Assembly (NCBI GenBank): GCA_026770705.1
Contig: JANJGN010000151.1
Coordinates: 248,001 to 312,000, forward strand
Direction of reading: 5' to 3'
Length of the DNA stretch: 64,000 bases
Origin: Isurus oxyrinchus
Lineage: Eukaryota
The notes beneath the pieces are model-generated. The model was not told the origin of the DNA and did no database searches. It saw nothing but the letters and a program-made list of their open reading frames with translations. How positions within the stretch are numbered: position 1 is the stretch's first letter; the number at the start of each line of letters is the position of its first letter. This document shows positions 49,310 through 62,080 of this stretch, piece by piece. Both the position numbers and the translations under genes were made by a program.

Positions 49310-51088
49310 GCTAGTGTCAAAAATTGTCCTTGCCATGACTGAAATTTTCAATCACTCTCCACGTTGTAACATTCAGTAACTGAACGGTCTCCACTGAAAA
49401 AACATACAGAAAGAAACATTCTCCTCTTGCATCTTTCCAACCTGCTTTTTCTTTATGAACCTTTTTAATGTAAAGCTACACAACTAATGTGAGTGAAGTT
49501 TGCGATGGTAAAAATGGGTCCATCCCTTCATGGAACCGAACCGCTTTGATACATTCCTGATCCGAACCACTCGTTGTGCAACATAGAAGCCCCTTTAAAA
49601 CTGTAACTATTATTTTCAGTTTCCTCTCCTCTCCGACCAAAATGAATCACTTCACACTTCCAGACATTAAATTTCAGCTGCCACTTGTCCGTCCAAATGG
49701 ATTTGTTGAAGGGCCCAAAAGGAGAACCGACTCAAACTGGGAATGAAAGAGTGAGAATGAAAGAAGAGACGTGATGTGTTTTGTAGATCCCGGGGGAAAG
49801 AGATTCCAGGATCAGTTCATTGTGACAGTTCACACAGCAACAAGGAAACAACATTCCCTGATGAGAGCCAAACCAGGGCGGCAGGAGCGGGAGTGCCAAA
49901 TAACAGCCTGTTTAGTTAAAACATAGAAGACTTCTTCAGCCAATAACTGCATCGAGTGTGTTCAACATGAACATGAAGTGAACAGTGAGGGGAAATTGTG
50001 CCACAAGCTGCGGATGTACAACGTTCAATTTCCAAACCCACCAACAGAATCAATGTGGCTCCTCTGAAACTTTCAAGGCAAATATTGATCCTTTATCAGA
50101 TGCCGTTCCCAGAACTATACACAGTCCTCCAGGTGTGACCTAACCAGGGCTTTGTATAGCTGCAGCAAACCTTTCCCTCTTTTCTATAACAGTCTCTGTA
50201 ACAGGTTGTACAGCAAGAGGAATTAGATTGTATAAGGCGACTGAGAAAAACGAGGACATGCTTGATCTGAATCAATCTCTTTGGAAAGTTTGGTATGAAA
50301 TCAGCTGCATAAATACATTTATGGTTCAAAAACTATATCGGAATCTAAAGTCCAACTCCTGATGTCATTGGGTCAGGGAAATTTTGTTGATGATCACACA
50401 GTGCGCATGGGCACTGCAGAAACGCCTGCAACTCTTTCAATATTGTTCTATAATTTCATAAGCTCCATGAAATCTCTGTTTAACCTCCTTTGTTCTAAAG
50501 AGAACAATCGCGGCCTCTATAATCTCTCCACAAAGCTGAATTTCCTCATCTATGGACATGATGCAAGGTGAAAAATTGCAATGAGATTTTAGAAAATATT
50601 GCCAGCTAGCAGTTGGGAAGATGCAAAAGGAACCAAAGCAAAAAACCCAGTCTCCAGCTTTGCAAAGCTTTCGAAATTCTTTGGGAACCGGGATCAGAGG
50701 AGAACGAAGGGCAAACTGTCCGACTGACCGTTCAAGGTACCGTTCCCCTCTTTAAGGCACTGGAACATTGACTCTGATGTTATCATTGAAATTAACTGAT
50801 CTGAGACATGGAAAGGATTCTCCTCACTGCACATCAGCAATTCAAGCCGAATATTGGTTTCAGGACAATCAGAGCACTTGGTGACAGACAAGGCACCAAA
50901 AGGATCGAAGGGAGACTGTAGGAGAGCTGGTTCCAGGTGACATGGATGTGTCTGCAGTGGGTGGGATCAGACTGTTTCCATATATCCAAATCAATGCCTC
51001 ACCCTTTATTTTGGAAAGGTAAAACTCGTAGAGAACAATGATCATTCTGATAGCGGCATCTGAACCTTTAAGTACATATCTTGCGACT

Positions 51089-51166
51089 TTTTCTGTGGTG
51101 CAATTGGTCAGCGTGTTCGGCTGTTAACCAGAAGGTTGGTGATTCGAGCGAGACCACCCGCCGACG
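51089..51166 (+). pseudogene. tRNA-Asn(GTT) pseudogene
   Basis: CTGTGGTGCAATTGGTCAGCGTGTTCGGCTGTTAACCAGAAGGTTGGTGATTCGAGC; 4-nt insertion in the T arm and broken acceptor stem. Confidence 0.85.
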
Positions 51167-52069
51167 AAGCTTTCACCGTTTGTCAGCCCATCACATTCAT
51201 CACCCCACAACTCTGGGTTGTCAAGGTGCATATTGGCTTCAAGAAAATAATCCACAATCGAGGCACATGTTTCTGTTATTCAGTGACCCCACACAAACAG
51301 TCGCTTTCTTATGAATATTTCAAATGTAAAGAGAAAATGATCAGACCTGCCATGTACCTATATCTAATCCATTGGAAAGATATGAAGTTATGAGATTCAA
51401 ACAAACCCATCAGTGATTCTCTCTTCTTCAGCTCCACAGTGAGTGGGATAGGGAAGAGTGGAGAAGCAGCAATATTCTGGCCCCACACTCTCCAATCACC
51501 CGCTGCCAGCAGAAAGCAGCAACAGTAGCTTCAATCAGTGGCTTACTGCCCATCCCTGGGATGCAAGATACTCCAACACGGGCTAAACTTCCCAATACAC
51601 TGAGCACAGGCTCAGGGAAAGGCAGGTAAATTATATCCCGTTCACTAAGCCTCCAAGCACCATTTACAAAATACCCTAGTGAGGGAGTCACAAATAAAAA
51701 CAACAACAACTTTCTAAATCTTTTCACTGTGAAATTCCATCTTTTTATTTAAAAACTGACAGTTGTGCATCTGAAAATGAGCACCATGGGATTTGTGTTA
51801 CTGATGACTTGTTTTCCATTGTTTGTCTGTCAGGTTTGCTACTCAATTTGTGTTGGAGATTGAAGCGAATCTGATTTCAGAACGAGGTCACAAAGCAGGT
51901 CAATATTAAACCCAGGAACACATCCTGAGGAAAATAGATCACAATGTTTGGAAGGAGGTGCAGCTAAGAAATGGAATCTGTGAATGATGTTATTGATGAT
52001 TGATGGGAAAGCATTGGACCCTTGGGCTTCTGGTAGTCAATTCCCTTCTCTCCCATTGCATTCAGACAG

Positions 52070-52520
52070 TTAACTTGCTGTGATGTTTTCCCTTCCCACA
52101 CTCAGAGCAGGTTAATGGCCTCTCCCCAGTGTGAACTTGCTGGTGTCTCAGCCAATGGATGCATGAGTGAATGAATCCCTTCCCACACATGGAGCAGGTT
52201 AATAACTTACCACCAGTGTGACTGCATTGGTGAGTTTCCAGCTAAGATCAGTGGCTCAGTCCTTCCTCACATTCCCCACATTTCCGCAGATTCTCGTCAG
52301 TGTAACCGCGCTTGTATTTCGACAGGCCAGATGATCCCGTGAATCCTCATCCACACACAGGACACGTGTACAGTTTCTCCCCACTGTAAACGGTGCTTTT
52401 TCCTTCCATGTTCAAACTCTGATGATATTCAGGCTACGATAAATTGGGCGACTCAGTCAGATCCTAGTGTGATGTTTGGTTTGAGTTTCCTGACTGCAAA
52501 TCTTCCCCTCCTAATACCCA
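52070..52520 (-). pseudogene. C2H2 zinc-finger pseudogene, paralog of the gene at 62081
   Basis: ATG at 52409 (MEGKSTVYSGEKLYTCPVCG, then a stop); 3-4 broken fingers with HTGERP-like linkers; 5' flank homologous to 61972-62080. Confidence 0.85.
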
Positions 52521-52611
52521 GTGAGGGGGAGATAAAGATGGAAATAGAGAGAGAAAATGAGGGAAATATGCAAACGGAGAGAGGGAGAATGACGTGAGAG
52601 GGTAAGGTTCA

Positions 52612-52648
<37 letters not shown>

Positions 52649-52779
52649 GAGAGTGGCAGGGGTGAAAGAGAGGGATTTCATATCAACTTGACCAGAACTG
52701 TGACAGAACGTCCCAAACCCTGAATCTACACCATCTAGAAGGAGCAGGGTAACAGGTGTCTGCAAACGTACACACCATC

Positions 52780-53625
52780 CTCATTTGTCTGGCATCCAGT
52801 GCCGCGTGAACAGAAATGTCCTCCAATTAAATATTGGAAAAATTAAAGCCATTGTCTTTAGTCCCCCCTACAAACGTCACTCCTTAGCCACTGGCTCCTC
52901 TCCTCTCTGCTGCAACTGTCTGAGGCTGAACCAGATTCTTCTCAAATTGGTGTCATGCTTCAAACATATCTGCATCATCACAAAGACCGCCGATTCCCAC
53001 TTCTGTAACATAACCGAACCCTGTCCTAGTCTCAGCTCACCCAATTCTGAAACTCTCATCCATGCCTTTATTAACTCTAGACTTAACTACCCTAACGTAC
53101 CCCAGGCCACATCCCACATTCACCTCCCCAGTAAACTTGAGGTAATGCAACACCCTGCTACCCATGTGTTTGTTCGCAGTAAGTCTTGCTCACTCATCAT
53201 CTCTGTGCTCGCTGACCTGAAAAGGCTCACGTTTAAGAAGCATCAACATTTTAAAATTCTCATCCTTGTTTTCAAATCCCTCTGTGGCTGCAATCACCCC
53301 TTTCTCTGTGATCTCCTCCAAGCCCACAACCCTTTGGGATCACTGCGCTGATCAAATCCTGATCTCTCGACCATTCTCAATTAATCACTCCATCACTGGT
53401 TACCATTCTTTAAGATTCTGAGGCCCCAAGCTCTGAAATTTCCTCCCTAAACCTCCCCACATCTCTATTCACTTTCTTCCTTTAAGATACTCTTTAGCCT
53501 TACTCTTTCACCAAGCCTTTGGTCACCTGCCCTTATGTGGCTCGGTGTCAAATGTTGCTTTGTAATATTTCTACAAAATGCTTTGGAACATATAATTACA
53601 TGAAAGATGCTATATAAATACAAAT
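52780..53625 (+). mobile_element. L2-like LINE 3' fragment
   Basis: LQLNIGKIKAIVF..SETLIHAFINSRLNY..FKILILVFKSL. Confidence 0.8.
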
Positions 53626-54399
53626 TATTGTTGGTTTGGATACATATTACTGTTCCTTCATCACTACAGGGTGAAACGTTCTGTAACTCCCTATCTAACA
53701 ACATTGTGGGAGCACCTTCACACGGATTGCAGAGGTTCAAGAAGGTCAAACATCATCTTCCCCACAGGTAAATGGGGATGGGCAATATCCGCTGCAGGTC
53801 TTGTTAATGGCACTGAAATCTCAAGGTTCACCTGTGTCAGATGGGGCAGTCCTTCCTTTAAACTCCATCTGAGAGGAAAGTGACTGCTCCCGAGAGCTGG
53901 ATGAGAGGAGGCAACACAGAGTCAGATGCTGAACACACTGCAGCCCACACAGACATTACAAACTGCCCCCTTTCTTGCTGCACATAGGAACAGAAGCAGG
54001 CCATTCAGCCCCTCAAACCTGCTCCACCATTCTATTTGATTGATGCTGATCTGTACCACAACCCCCTTTTCCCATCTTTGATCAAATTACTTTTATATCT
54101 TTGCTTAACAAAATTCAGTCTAATCATGTCTTGAAAAATTCAATTGACCCCCAGCATTCACAGCTTTTTGGGGAGGTTGGTCCTGATTCCCACAACTGTT
54201 GTCTGAACACGTCGTTCCTGATTTCACTCCAGGTTCTACTGTTTTCATTCTGCCCCCTTGTTCTCGATTCCCCAGCAGAGCAAATGTTTTCCCTGTATCT
54301 ACCCGCACAAACACATTGATCATTTAAAAAAAACAGCATCATATCACCCCTGAAACTTCAATATTTCATGAAATACAAACCTATTTTCTGCAGCCTGAT

Positions 54400-54712
54400 C
54401 ACCTTGAAGTGCAGCAGCATTGACTTTAATGACCTGGAGGAGCTTTCTACCAACTGTTCAGAATGGCGACAACTTATCCATCAAGCAGCATCACACTTTG
54501 AGTCACAGTGTCTTCATGATGAGGCACAGCAGCAGCAAAGAAGTGGAATCAGATGCTGTGCTCCAGATCCCAATACTTCATGGATGTCCTGCCCCATGAG
54601 TCCAAATATCTGCAGGTCAAGAATCAGTCTGTTCAGTCACAAGAAGACCCATGGCAGAAACTCACCACCCTGAGTAGACATCATTCTTGAATCGAGAGGC
54701 TGCTGACGAAGT
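54400..54712 (+). mobile_element. RTE-like LINE 3' end (second copy about 60640-60840)
   Basis: CSEWRQLI..CPMSPNICRSRISLFSHKKTH, a C-terminal zinc-finger relic. Confidence 0.65.
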
Positions 54713-55689
54713 ATTAATCAACAACTAACACAGGCACTTGGGGACTGAGAGAATACACACAGATGAACAGGTTGTTTAACAGAATTCTGACCACAGAAAG
54801 TTCATTCCAGTGAAGCCAGACTGAACATGAAGATGAGGCAGAAATAGCGGCAGACATAATAGCCCAAGATTAAACATAATGCAAACTGAATTAGAATCAC
54901 CATTGGAGCAGCTTTATTAGATTCACAATAACTATGCATAATATACAGAGGCCTTTCATTGTAGGATAATGAAAATACTGGACAAAGATAGGAATAGTTT
55001 GATTCTGAGGGGTTGAGGAGAGGCTTGGTAGAGGATAGACAAAGGGTGTGGCTTCTGCAGCTTCTGTAGTTCTGCACTCTCACAAGGAAGGAGGTGGTTA
55101 GATTATGCAAGTGTCACCATTAAGCTGCAAACATAAAATCAATGCTTTATTTAAGCAATGAAATGGATATAGAAATGAAGATGCTCTGTCAGTTCAATGG
55201 AACTTGAGGGATTTAGGGTCATTAATAAAAATGAAACATTCTCGCCTCTGAGCCAGAAACTCCTCTGCGGACAGTCCTGGTGAGTGAAGACGTCTCTCCA
55301 GCTCATTCTGGGTTGACATCAGGCAGGATAGGTGTATCCGGCGGGTCTGGCTGTTCTCTCCCACTGTGTGAGCTGATCAAACTCTCTCGGCTAATGCCGG
55401 AACAACAAATCGGCTGGAATTAAATGCTTCCAGACACGGAAGTGGGGTTAAGCAGCCTGCGAATTCTTCCACTAATTCACACTGTTCTCCAAGGGATGAA
55501 TTCAAAGAGAAACAATCACTACGCCCTGTCATTTCCCGAAATAATTCCTGCTGCCTGTCCTGACTGAATCCATTTCAGCAACAAATGTTGATATGTTTGC
55601 TCCACACCCACAGGTCCAGTTTTCTCTTGGAGTTTGAGACAAATCAACTTTCAAAATGATGCAGTTTCTGGCAATGAGGGAGATCCGGA

Positions 55690-55850
55690 CTCAGCCCCGC
55701 CCCTAATTCACTCCAATTGCTTGGAGGACCAGCCACTTTCGCGGGAACCTCCAGTCCCGCCCCGTCTTCCTATTGGTCGCGAGTTGCCGTCAATCAGTCT
55801 CCGGGCATTGTGATTTGAGCATGCGCACGCCATGGCGACGGACGGTAAGA
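55690..55850. promoter_or_regulatory. CpG-rich promoter-like region (GC boxes, CCAAT, NRF1-like)
   Basis: CCCGCCC twice, ATTGG at 55772, GCATGCGCA at 55819; inverted homolog of 59977-60058. Confidence 0.65.
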
Positions 55851-56904
55851 GAGCTCGAGCGAGCGGGTTTAAAATGGAGGGTTTACAAAGACCGAATGCG
55901 GATCCAGAACCCAAAATATAACCTGCAACATTTTCTACTTAAGAGGCGACTAGAAACCGTAAACATTATCCCTGACTTCCCGGTTTCTCCCGCTCAGGTC
56001 TGACTTTGGAGTGAGTCCGGCGAGGCCCCAGCGCATGTGCAATGTCAGCTCACTCAGGAAGCGTCTGTAAATGTAGAGAAAGTGATAAAGGTTAGGAAGC
56101 GTCTCTAAAAATGGTGATTTCGGGAAATGTCTGCAAATGAAGGACATGATGACTGAGCATGGAGTGCTTAAAAAGCAAGGGAACGTGCTGATGAACAGGG
56201 AATGTCTGTAAAGAATCATTGAGTCATAGAATTGTATAACACTGTTACCAGAGAAGAAGATGATGCTTGACCTTGAACCTTTGCAGTCTGTGTGGTGAAA
56301 CTGCTCCCACATTTCTGTGAGATAAGGAGTTACAGGAATTTCACTCAGTGATGATGAAGGAATGGTGACATGTCCAAATCAACAACAACAATGTGTGTTT
56401 ATATGGCGCCTTTCGTGTAATAGAAAACTCCAAAGTGTTTCACAGGAGTTTTATGAAGCAACTTTTGCCACTGAGCCCACAGAAGGAGATGTTTGGCTAG
56501 ATGACCAAAAGTTTGGTCAGAGATAGGTTTTAAGAATTATCTTGGTGGTTATGAGGCTGGAGAAGATCACAGAGATAGGAAGGAGCCATATCATGAAGAG
56601 ATTTGAAAGCAAAAATGATAAATTAAAAATTTAAGTGCTTCTTAGCCTGGAAACTTTGTACCTCAGAGACCATGATGGTGATGAGTGAACAAGACTTGGT
56701 GGAGTAAGCACATGGGCAGCAGAGTTTTGAATGACCTCAAGATCACAGGGAGGTTTAATATGGGAGGCCGGCTGGGATTGCGTTAGGATAGTTAAGTCTA
56801 TAGGTAACAAATGAATAGATAAGAATTTCAGCTGCAGAGCAACTGAGACTAGGATGGAGTTGGATGATACTGAGGTGGAAAAGGGCAGTCTTGGTGATGA
56901 TAAA

Positions 56905-58110
56905 GGGGAGCCTGTCGACATACTGTACTTAGATTTCCAGAAGGCATTTGATAAGATGCCACATCAAAGGTTATCGCGACAAATAAAAGCTCATGGTGTA
57001 GGATGTAACATGTTAGTATGGATAGAATATTGACTGGCTGGCAGAAAACAGAGTATGCATAAATTGGTCTTTGTCTTATTGGCAGGATGTGATGCGTGGA
57101 GTCCCACAGGATCTGTGCTGGCACGTCAACTTTTTACAATTGATGTCAATGACTTAGATGAGGGGAGAGAAGCCATTATAGCTAAATTTGCAGATGACAT
57201 GAAGATATGTAGGAATGTATGTTGTGAAGAGGACATAAGGAGGTTGCAGATGCATATAGATAGGCTGAGTGATTGGGCAGAGATCTGGCAAATGGAGTTT
57301 AATGTTGGAAAATGTGAAGTTGTTCACTTTGGCAGGAAGAATAAAAAAGCAGAATGTTACTTAAATGGAGAATGACTGCAGAATTTCAAGGTGCAGAGGG
57401 ATCTAGGTGTTCTAGTGCATGAGGCACAAAAAGTTAGTATGCAGGTATAGTAAGTAGTTAAGAAGGCTAAGGGAATGCTTTTCTTTATTACGAGAGGGAT
57501 TGAACATCAAAGCAAGGATGTTATGCTTCACTTATACAGGGCATTGGTGAGACCACATATCGAATACAGTGTGCAGTTTTTGGTTCCCTTATTTAAAGAA
57601 AGATGTAAATGCATTGGAGGTGGTTCAAAGGAGGTTTACTAGTTTGATACCTGGATGAACGGATTGTCTTTTGAGGATAGGTTGGACAGGCTGGGCTTGT
57701 TTCCACTGGAGTTTAGAAAAGGGAGGGGTGACTTGATTGAAGTATATAAGATTCTGAATGGTCTTGACAAGGTGGATATACAAAGGATGTTTTCTCTTGT
57801 TAGTGAGTCCAGAACTAGGGGCATTGTTGTGAAATTAGGAGTCGCCCTTTTAGGACAGAGATGAGGAGAATTTTTTTTCTCTGAGGACTCTGGAACTCCC
57901 TGTCTCAGAAGTCAGTGGTGGTGGAGTCATTAAATATTTTTCAGGCAGAGGTAGATAGATTCTTGTTAGGCGCAGGAATCAAAGTTTCTCAGGGGTAGAT
58001 GGGAAGGTGGAATTTGAACTGCAAGTAATCAGTCATGATTATATTGAATGGCGGAGTGGGCTCAAAAGGCTGAATAACCTACGTATTTTCCTATTTTGCA
58101 TGTTCGCATG
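56905..58110 (+). mobile_element. CR1-like LINE (RT region) inserted in an L2 relic
   Basis: YLDFQKAFDK, AKFADD.K and WQMEFNVGKCEVVHFG motifs. Confidence 0.9.
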
Positions 58111-59762
58111 ATGCAGATATGTGGTTTGAAGATCAGTTTGGGGTGAAACATGACACCAATGTTGTGAAAAGTCTGGTTCAGCCTCAGACAGTTGCTGGGG
58201 AGATGATGGAGTCAGTGGCTGTGGAGTGGAGAAGGGACTGAAGACAATGGTTTCAGTTATCGGGGAGACATTGGCATAGTGGTATTGTCACTGGACAAGT
58301 AATCCAGAGATCAGGGTAATGCTTGAGGGTCCCAGGTTCAAATCCTGACACAACATCAGGCTTTCACCAAGACACCTTACACAGCACCTTTCAAACCCAC
58401 AACTACCTAGGAGGACAAGGGCAGCAGATAGATGGGAACACCACCACCTGGAGGTTCCCCTCCAAGTAACTCACCATCCTGACTTGGAAATATATTGCCG
58501 TTTCTTCACTGTCACTGTGTCAAAATCCTGGAACTCCCTTCGTAACAGCACTGTGGGTGTACCTACACCACATGGACTGCAGCAGTTCAAGAAGGCAGCT
58601 CACCCCATCTTCTCAAGGGAAACTAGGAATGGGGAATAAACGCTGGCCCAGCCAGCGAAGCCCATGAGTGAAAAAAAAAGTTTACAAGACAGATGGTGGA
58701 ATTAAATTTCAATGAAAAGTCTAATGTTGGCAACAAAACCATTGTCGATAGTCGTAAAAGCCCATCTAGTTCACTAATGTCCTTTAGGGGAGGAAATCTG
58801 CCATCCTTACCTGGTCTGGCCTACGTGTGACTCCAGACCCACAAGAATGTGGTTGACTCTGAATTCCCCTCAGTTGTATCAAACCACGACCGGAAAATGA
58901 TTAAGAAATGAAACCAGACCACCCGGCATCGGCCCAGGCACCAGAAGCGACAAAGGCAAACTCAGCCCTGTCAACCCGATGAAGTCCTCCATACTAACAT
59001 CTGCAGGCTGGTGCCAAGAATGAGAGAGCTGTCTCACAGAGGAGTTAAGCAACAGCCTGACATACTCATATTCACGGAACCATAGTTCTTGTGGAGACAA
59101 AGTCTCCTCTTCACATTGAGGATACCCTCCATTGTGTTGTCTGGTACTACAACCCTAGATCTCAAACAGATCATGCAACCATGAGGTGCTGTGAGCCATC
59201 AGCAGCAGCAGAATTGTACTCAACCGCAGTCTTCAATTTTGCTTTGAATCATCATCCCCTTGATCATTTACTCAGTCTTCCATCCTATCGCAGACCGTTT
59301 GTTCTTTTCTCCTCTCCCCCTCTCTTTTACCTGACCCTATATTTGCTGGAAAAGTATTAAATCTTTCACTCTTTCCTGTTTGGATAAAGGGTCACCGATG
59401 TGAAACATTCACTCTGTTTACCTCTCCATAGATACTGTTTGACCTGCTGAGTGTTTCCAACATTTTCTGTTTTGAGGTTGGATTTCTAGCATCTGCAGTA
59501 TCTTTTTTTGGGGTCACTGTGCTTTCTCTCACTTATCGTTACCTGTATAAAGGTGAAGAAGAGCTTTTAAAGAATGAGACAGCAGTAATTGTCTTGAAGG
59601 GTCATTCGGACTCGAAACATTAACTGTGCTCCTCTCCACAAATGCTGCCAGACCTGCTGAGTTTTTCCAGGTATTTTTGTTTCTGTTTTAGTAACTGTCA
59701 CCCTGTTCGACATAAAACTAAACTCACTGTTAATTCCTCATTGGTAATAATTTTAAACACAA

Positions 59763-59833
59763 AGTTTCGGCCGGGATTGAACCGGGGACTCTCTCATGTA
59801 AAGTAAACGTGATAATCACTGCACTGGGGAAAT
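59763..59833 (-). pseudogene. tRNA-Val(TAC)-like pseudogene
   Basis: Reverse complement ATTTCCCCAGTGCAGTGATTATCACGTTTACTTTACATGAGAGAGTCCCCGGTTCAATCCCGGCCGAAAC is colinear with tRNA-Val. Confidence 0.75.
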
Positions 59834-59974
59834 GAGTGTGAATCCCCCCGGACAGAGGGGAACTGACCATCCATCTCTAGCTCTAATTTCCAAACAGAAA
59901 ATGCTGTCAAGAATCAGCAAGTCAGGTTGAGTCTGTGGCCGCTCTCAGCGTCTGAAACCGTCACAATTGCTCCA

Positions 59975-60080
59975 AACCAATAGGAAAAGGGGGCGGGACT
60001 GGGGGACACGTGCACGCGAGAGGCTGGCCCTGCAACCAGTGAGGAGGCGGGGCTGACTGAAGCATGCGCAGTGCGGATAA
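59975..60080 (+). promoter_or_regulatory. Probable promoter of the C2H2 ZNF gene
   Basis: CCAAT, two GC boxes (GGGGCGGG, GAGGCGGG), CACGTG and GCATGCGCA clustered. Confidence 0.6.
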
Positions 60081-61089
60081 TGGGGGTCCACAATGGGTGA
60101 AGGCAGAGGGGTTGGCGGGGCAGAGGGAGCGATGGACAGAGACATGTTGTGTAAACCTGCAGCCGTGTTCGGCTCAGGCTAAAGGCCCCATCATTTTTTA
60201 TTCATTCCTGGGATGTGGGTGTTGGTGGCGGGGCCAGCAATTACTGGCCATTCCTAAGTGTCCTTGTTCAGAGGGCAGTTAAGAATCATCACATTGCTGT
60301 AGGCTCTGGGGTCACAGATAGGCCAGACCAGGTAAGGATTTTTATAACAATCGACAATGGTTTCATGGTCATCTTTAGACTTTTAATTCCAGATTTTTAT
60401 TGAATTCAAATTTCACCATCTGCTGTGGTGGGGATTGAACCCACATCCCCAGAGCATTACCCTGGGTCTCTTGAATACGAGTACATCACAATGCCACTAT
60501 GTCACCACAATGGCCACGTGCATGACCAGCATCTTTGTAGGGGCCAATGTTTTAATGACTGGGAGGAGCTTGTTACCCATTGTTCAAAATGATGACAACT
60601 TGTCCATCAAGCTGTATTAACCTTTGAGCTGATCAATAATGTCTTATTGATGAGGCAAAGCAGCAGCAGAGAAGGCAAGCAAAGGAAGAAAATCCTGCTC
60701 TCCTGATCTCACTACCTCATAGATGACCTGCCCCATGTGTCCAAAGATCTGTGTGTCTGTTCAGTCACATGAAGACCAATGGCAGAAACTCACAACCCTG
60801 AGTAGACATCACCCTCTAATCAAGGGATTGCTGATGACAATGAGGGACAATGTGCAGAGGACACATGTGAGGTCATCCTGGACCAGGAAGGAGGAGGAGA
60901 GAATGCTGTGAATTTCTATGCTGGGATGGATTTTGGAAACTCCTTTTACAGGGGGTTAGAAGGGGAGGATTTATGCACAGCAAACTCAAAGCAAGAAAAT
61001 ATTTGTCTCCTCTGAATTTCCATCCTGGACTGATAGTGATTGCTTCTATGAACTCATGGGGTACCGGAAGCAGAGGTCTTTTTAAAGGA

Positions 61090-61512
61090 GTATCTTAAAG
61101 GAGGAAAGGAAGATAAAGAGGCAGACAGGATTAGTAATGAAAACCCAGAGTTTATGGCCTTGGCAGCTATAGGTACCAAATGTGGAGCAAATGAAATCAG
61201 GAATTGTCAGTAAGTCAGAAGTAGAGTGCAGACATCTCAGAGGGAACAAAGGAATGGATGATGGTTTCAGCAGCAGATGAGCTGAGACTGGGGTGGAGTC
61301 TGGCGATGTTAGTAAGGTGGAATCCAGTCTTCATGATGATGCAGGTATGTGGGTGGAGCTTGCCTTGGAGTCAAATATGACACCATTGTTTTGAACAATC
61401 TCTTTCAGCCTCAGGCAGTTGACAGGGAGGGGGCTGGAGTCGGTGCCTAGGGAGTGAAGTTTGTACTGGGGACTGAAGTCAACAGCTTCAGCCTTCTCAA
61501 TATTTAAATAGA
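61090..61512 (-). mobile_element. L2-like LINE fragment
   Basis: WMRRIFLYLNIEKAEAVDF..GVIFDS. Confidence 0.7.
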
Positions 61513-62080
61513 GGAAAATTCTCCTCATCCAGTGCTGGGTGTTGGGCAGGTCAGGATGGTGTGTGACTTGGAGGAGAACCTGGAGGTGATGGTGTTCACA
61601 TACACCTGCTACCCTGGTCCTTCTAGGTGGTGGAGATTGAGAATTCATGAGATTCTGTCAAAGTTCTGGTCGATTTGCACAAATATAAATAATATTCCTC
61701 TCATTCTCTGCTTCTGCTCCCAGGCCTCTTTCACTCTTCTCCCCCCATATTCCAGAGTCTTGTATAGGACCAGACTGGGTGGCATGTTTCCTTCCCTGAA
61801 GCACATTAGTGAACCAGTTGGGGTTTTACGACAGTCCAGCAATTTTCATGGTCACTTTTTCCTAGTGTCGGCCCCACAAATCACCAGATTCATTCAGCTC
61901 AATTTCACAACCTGTCTTTGTGTTTTTGTGGGGTCTCTCTCATTTTTTTCTATTTTAAAACATTTTGACAGGTTTTTAGAAGGGGAGGATTTCGAGTCCG
62001 GAAACTCAAACCAAGCATCACATCAGGATCTGACAGAGTCACCCAATTTATCGTAACCTGAATATCATCGAATTTTGAAC

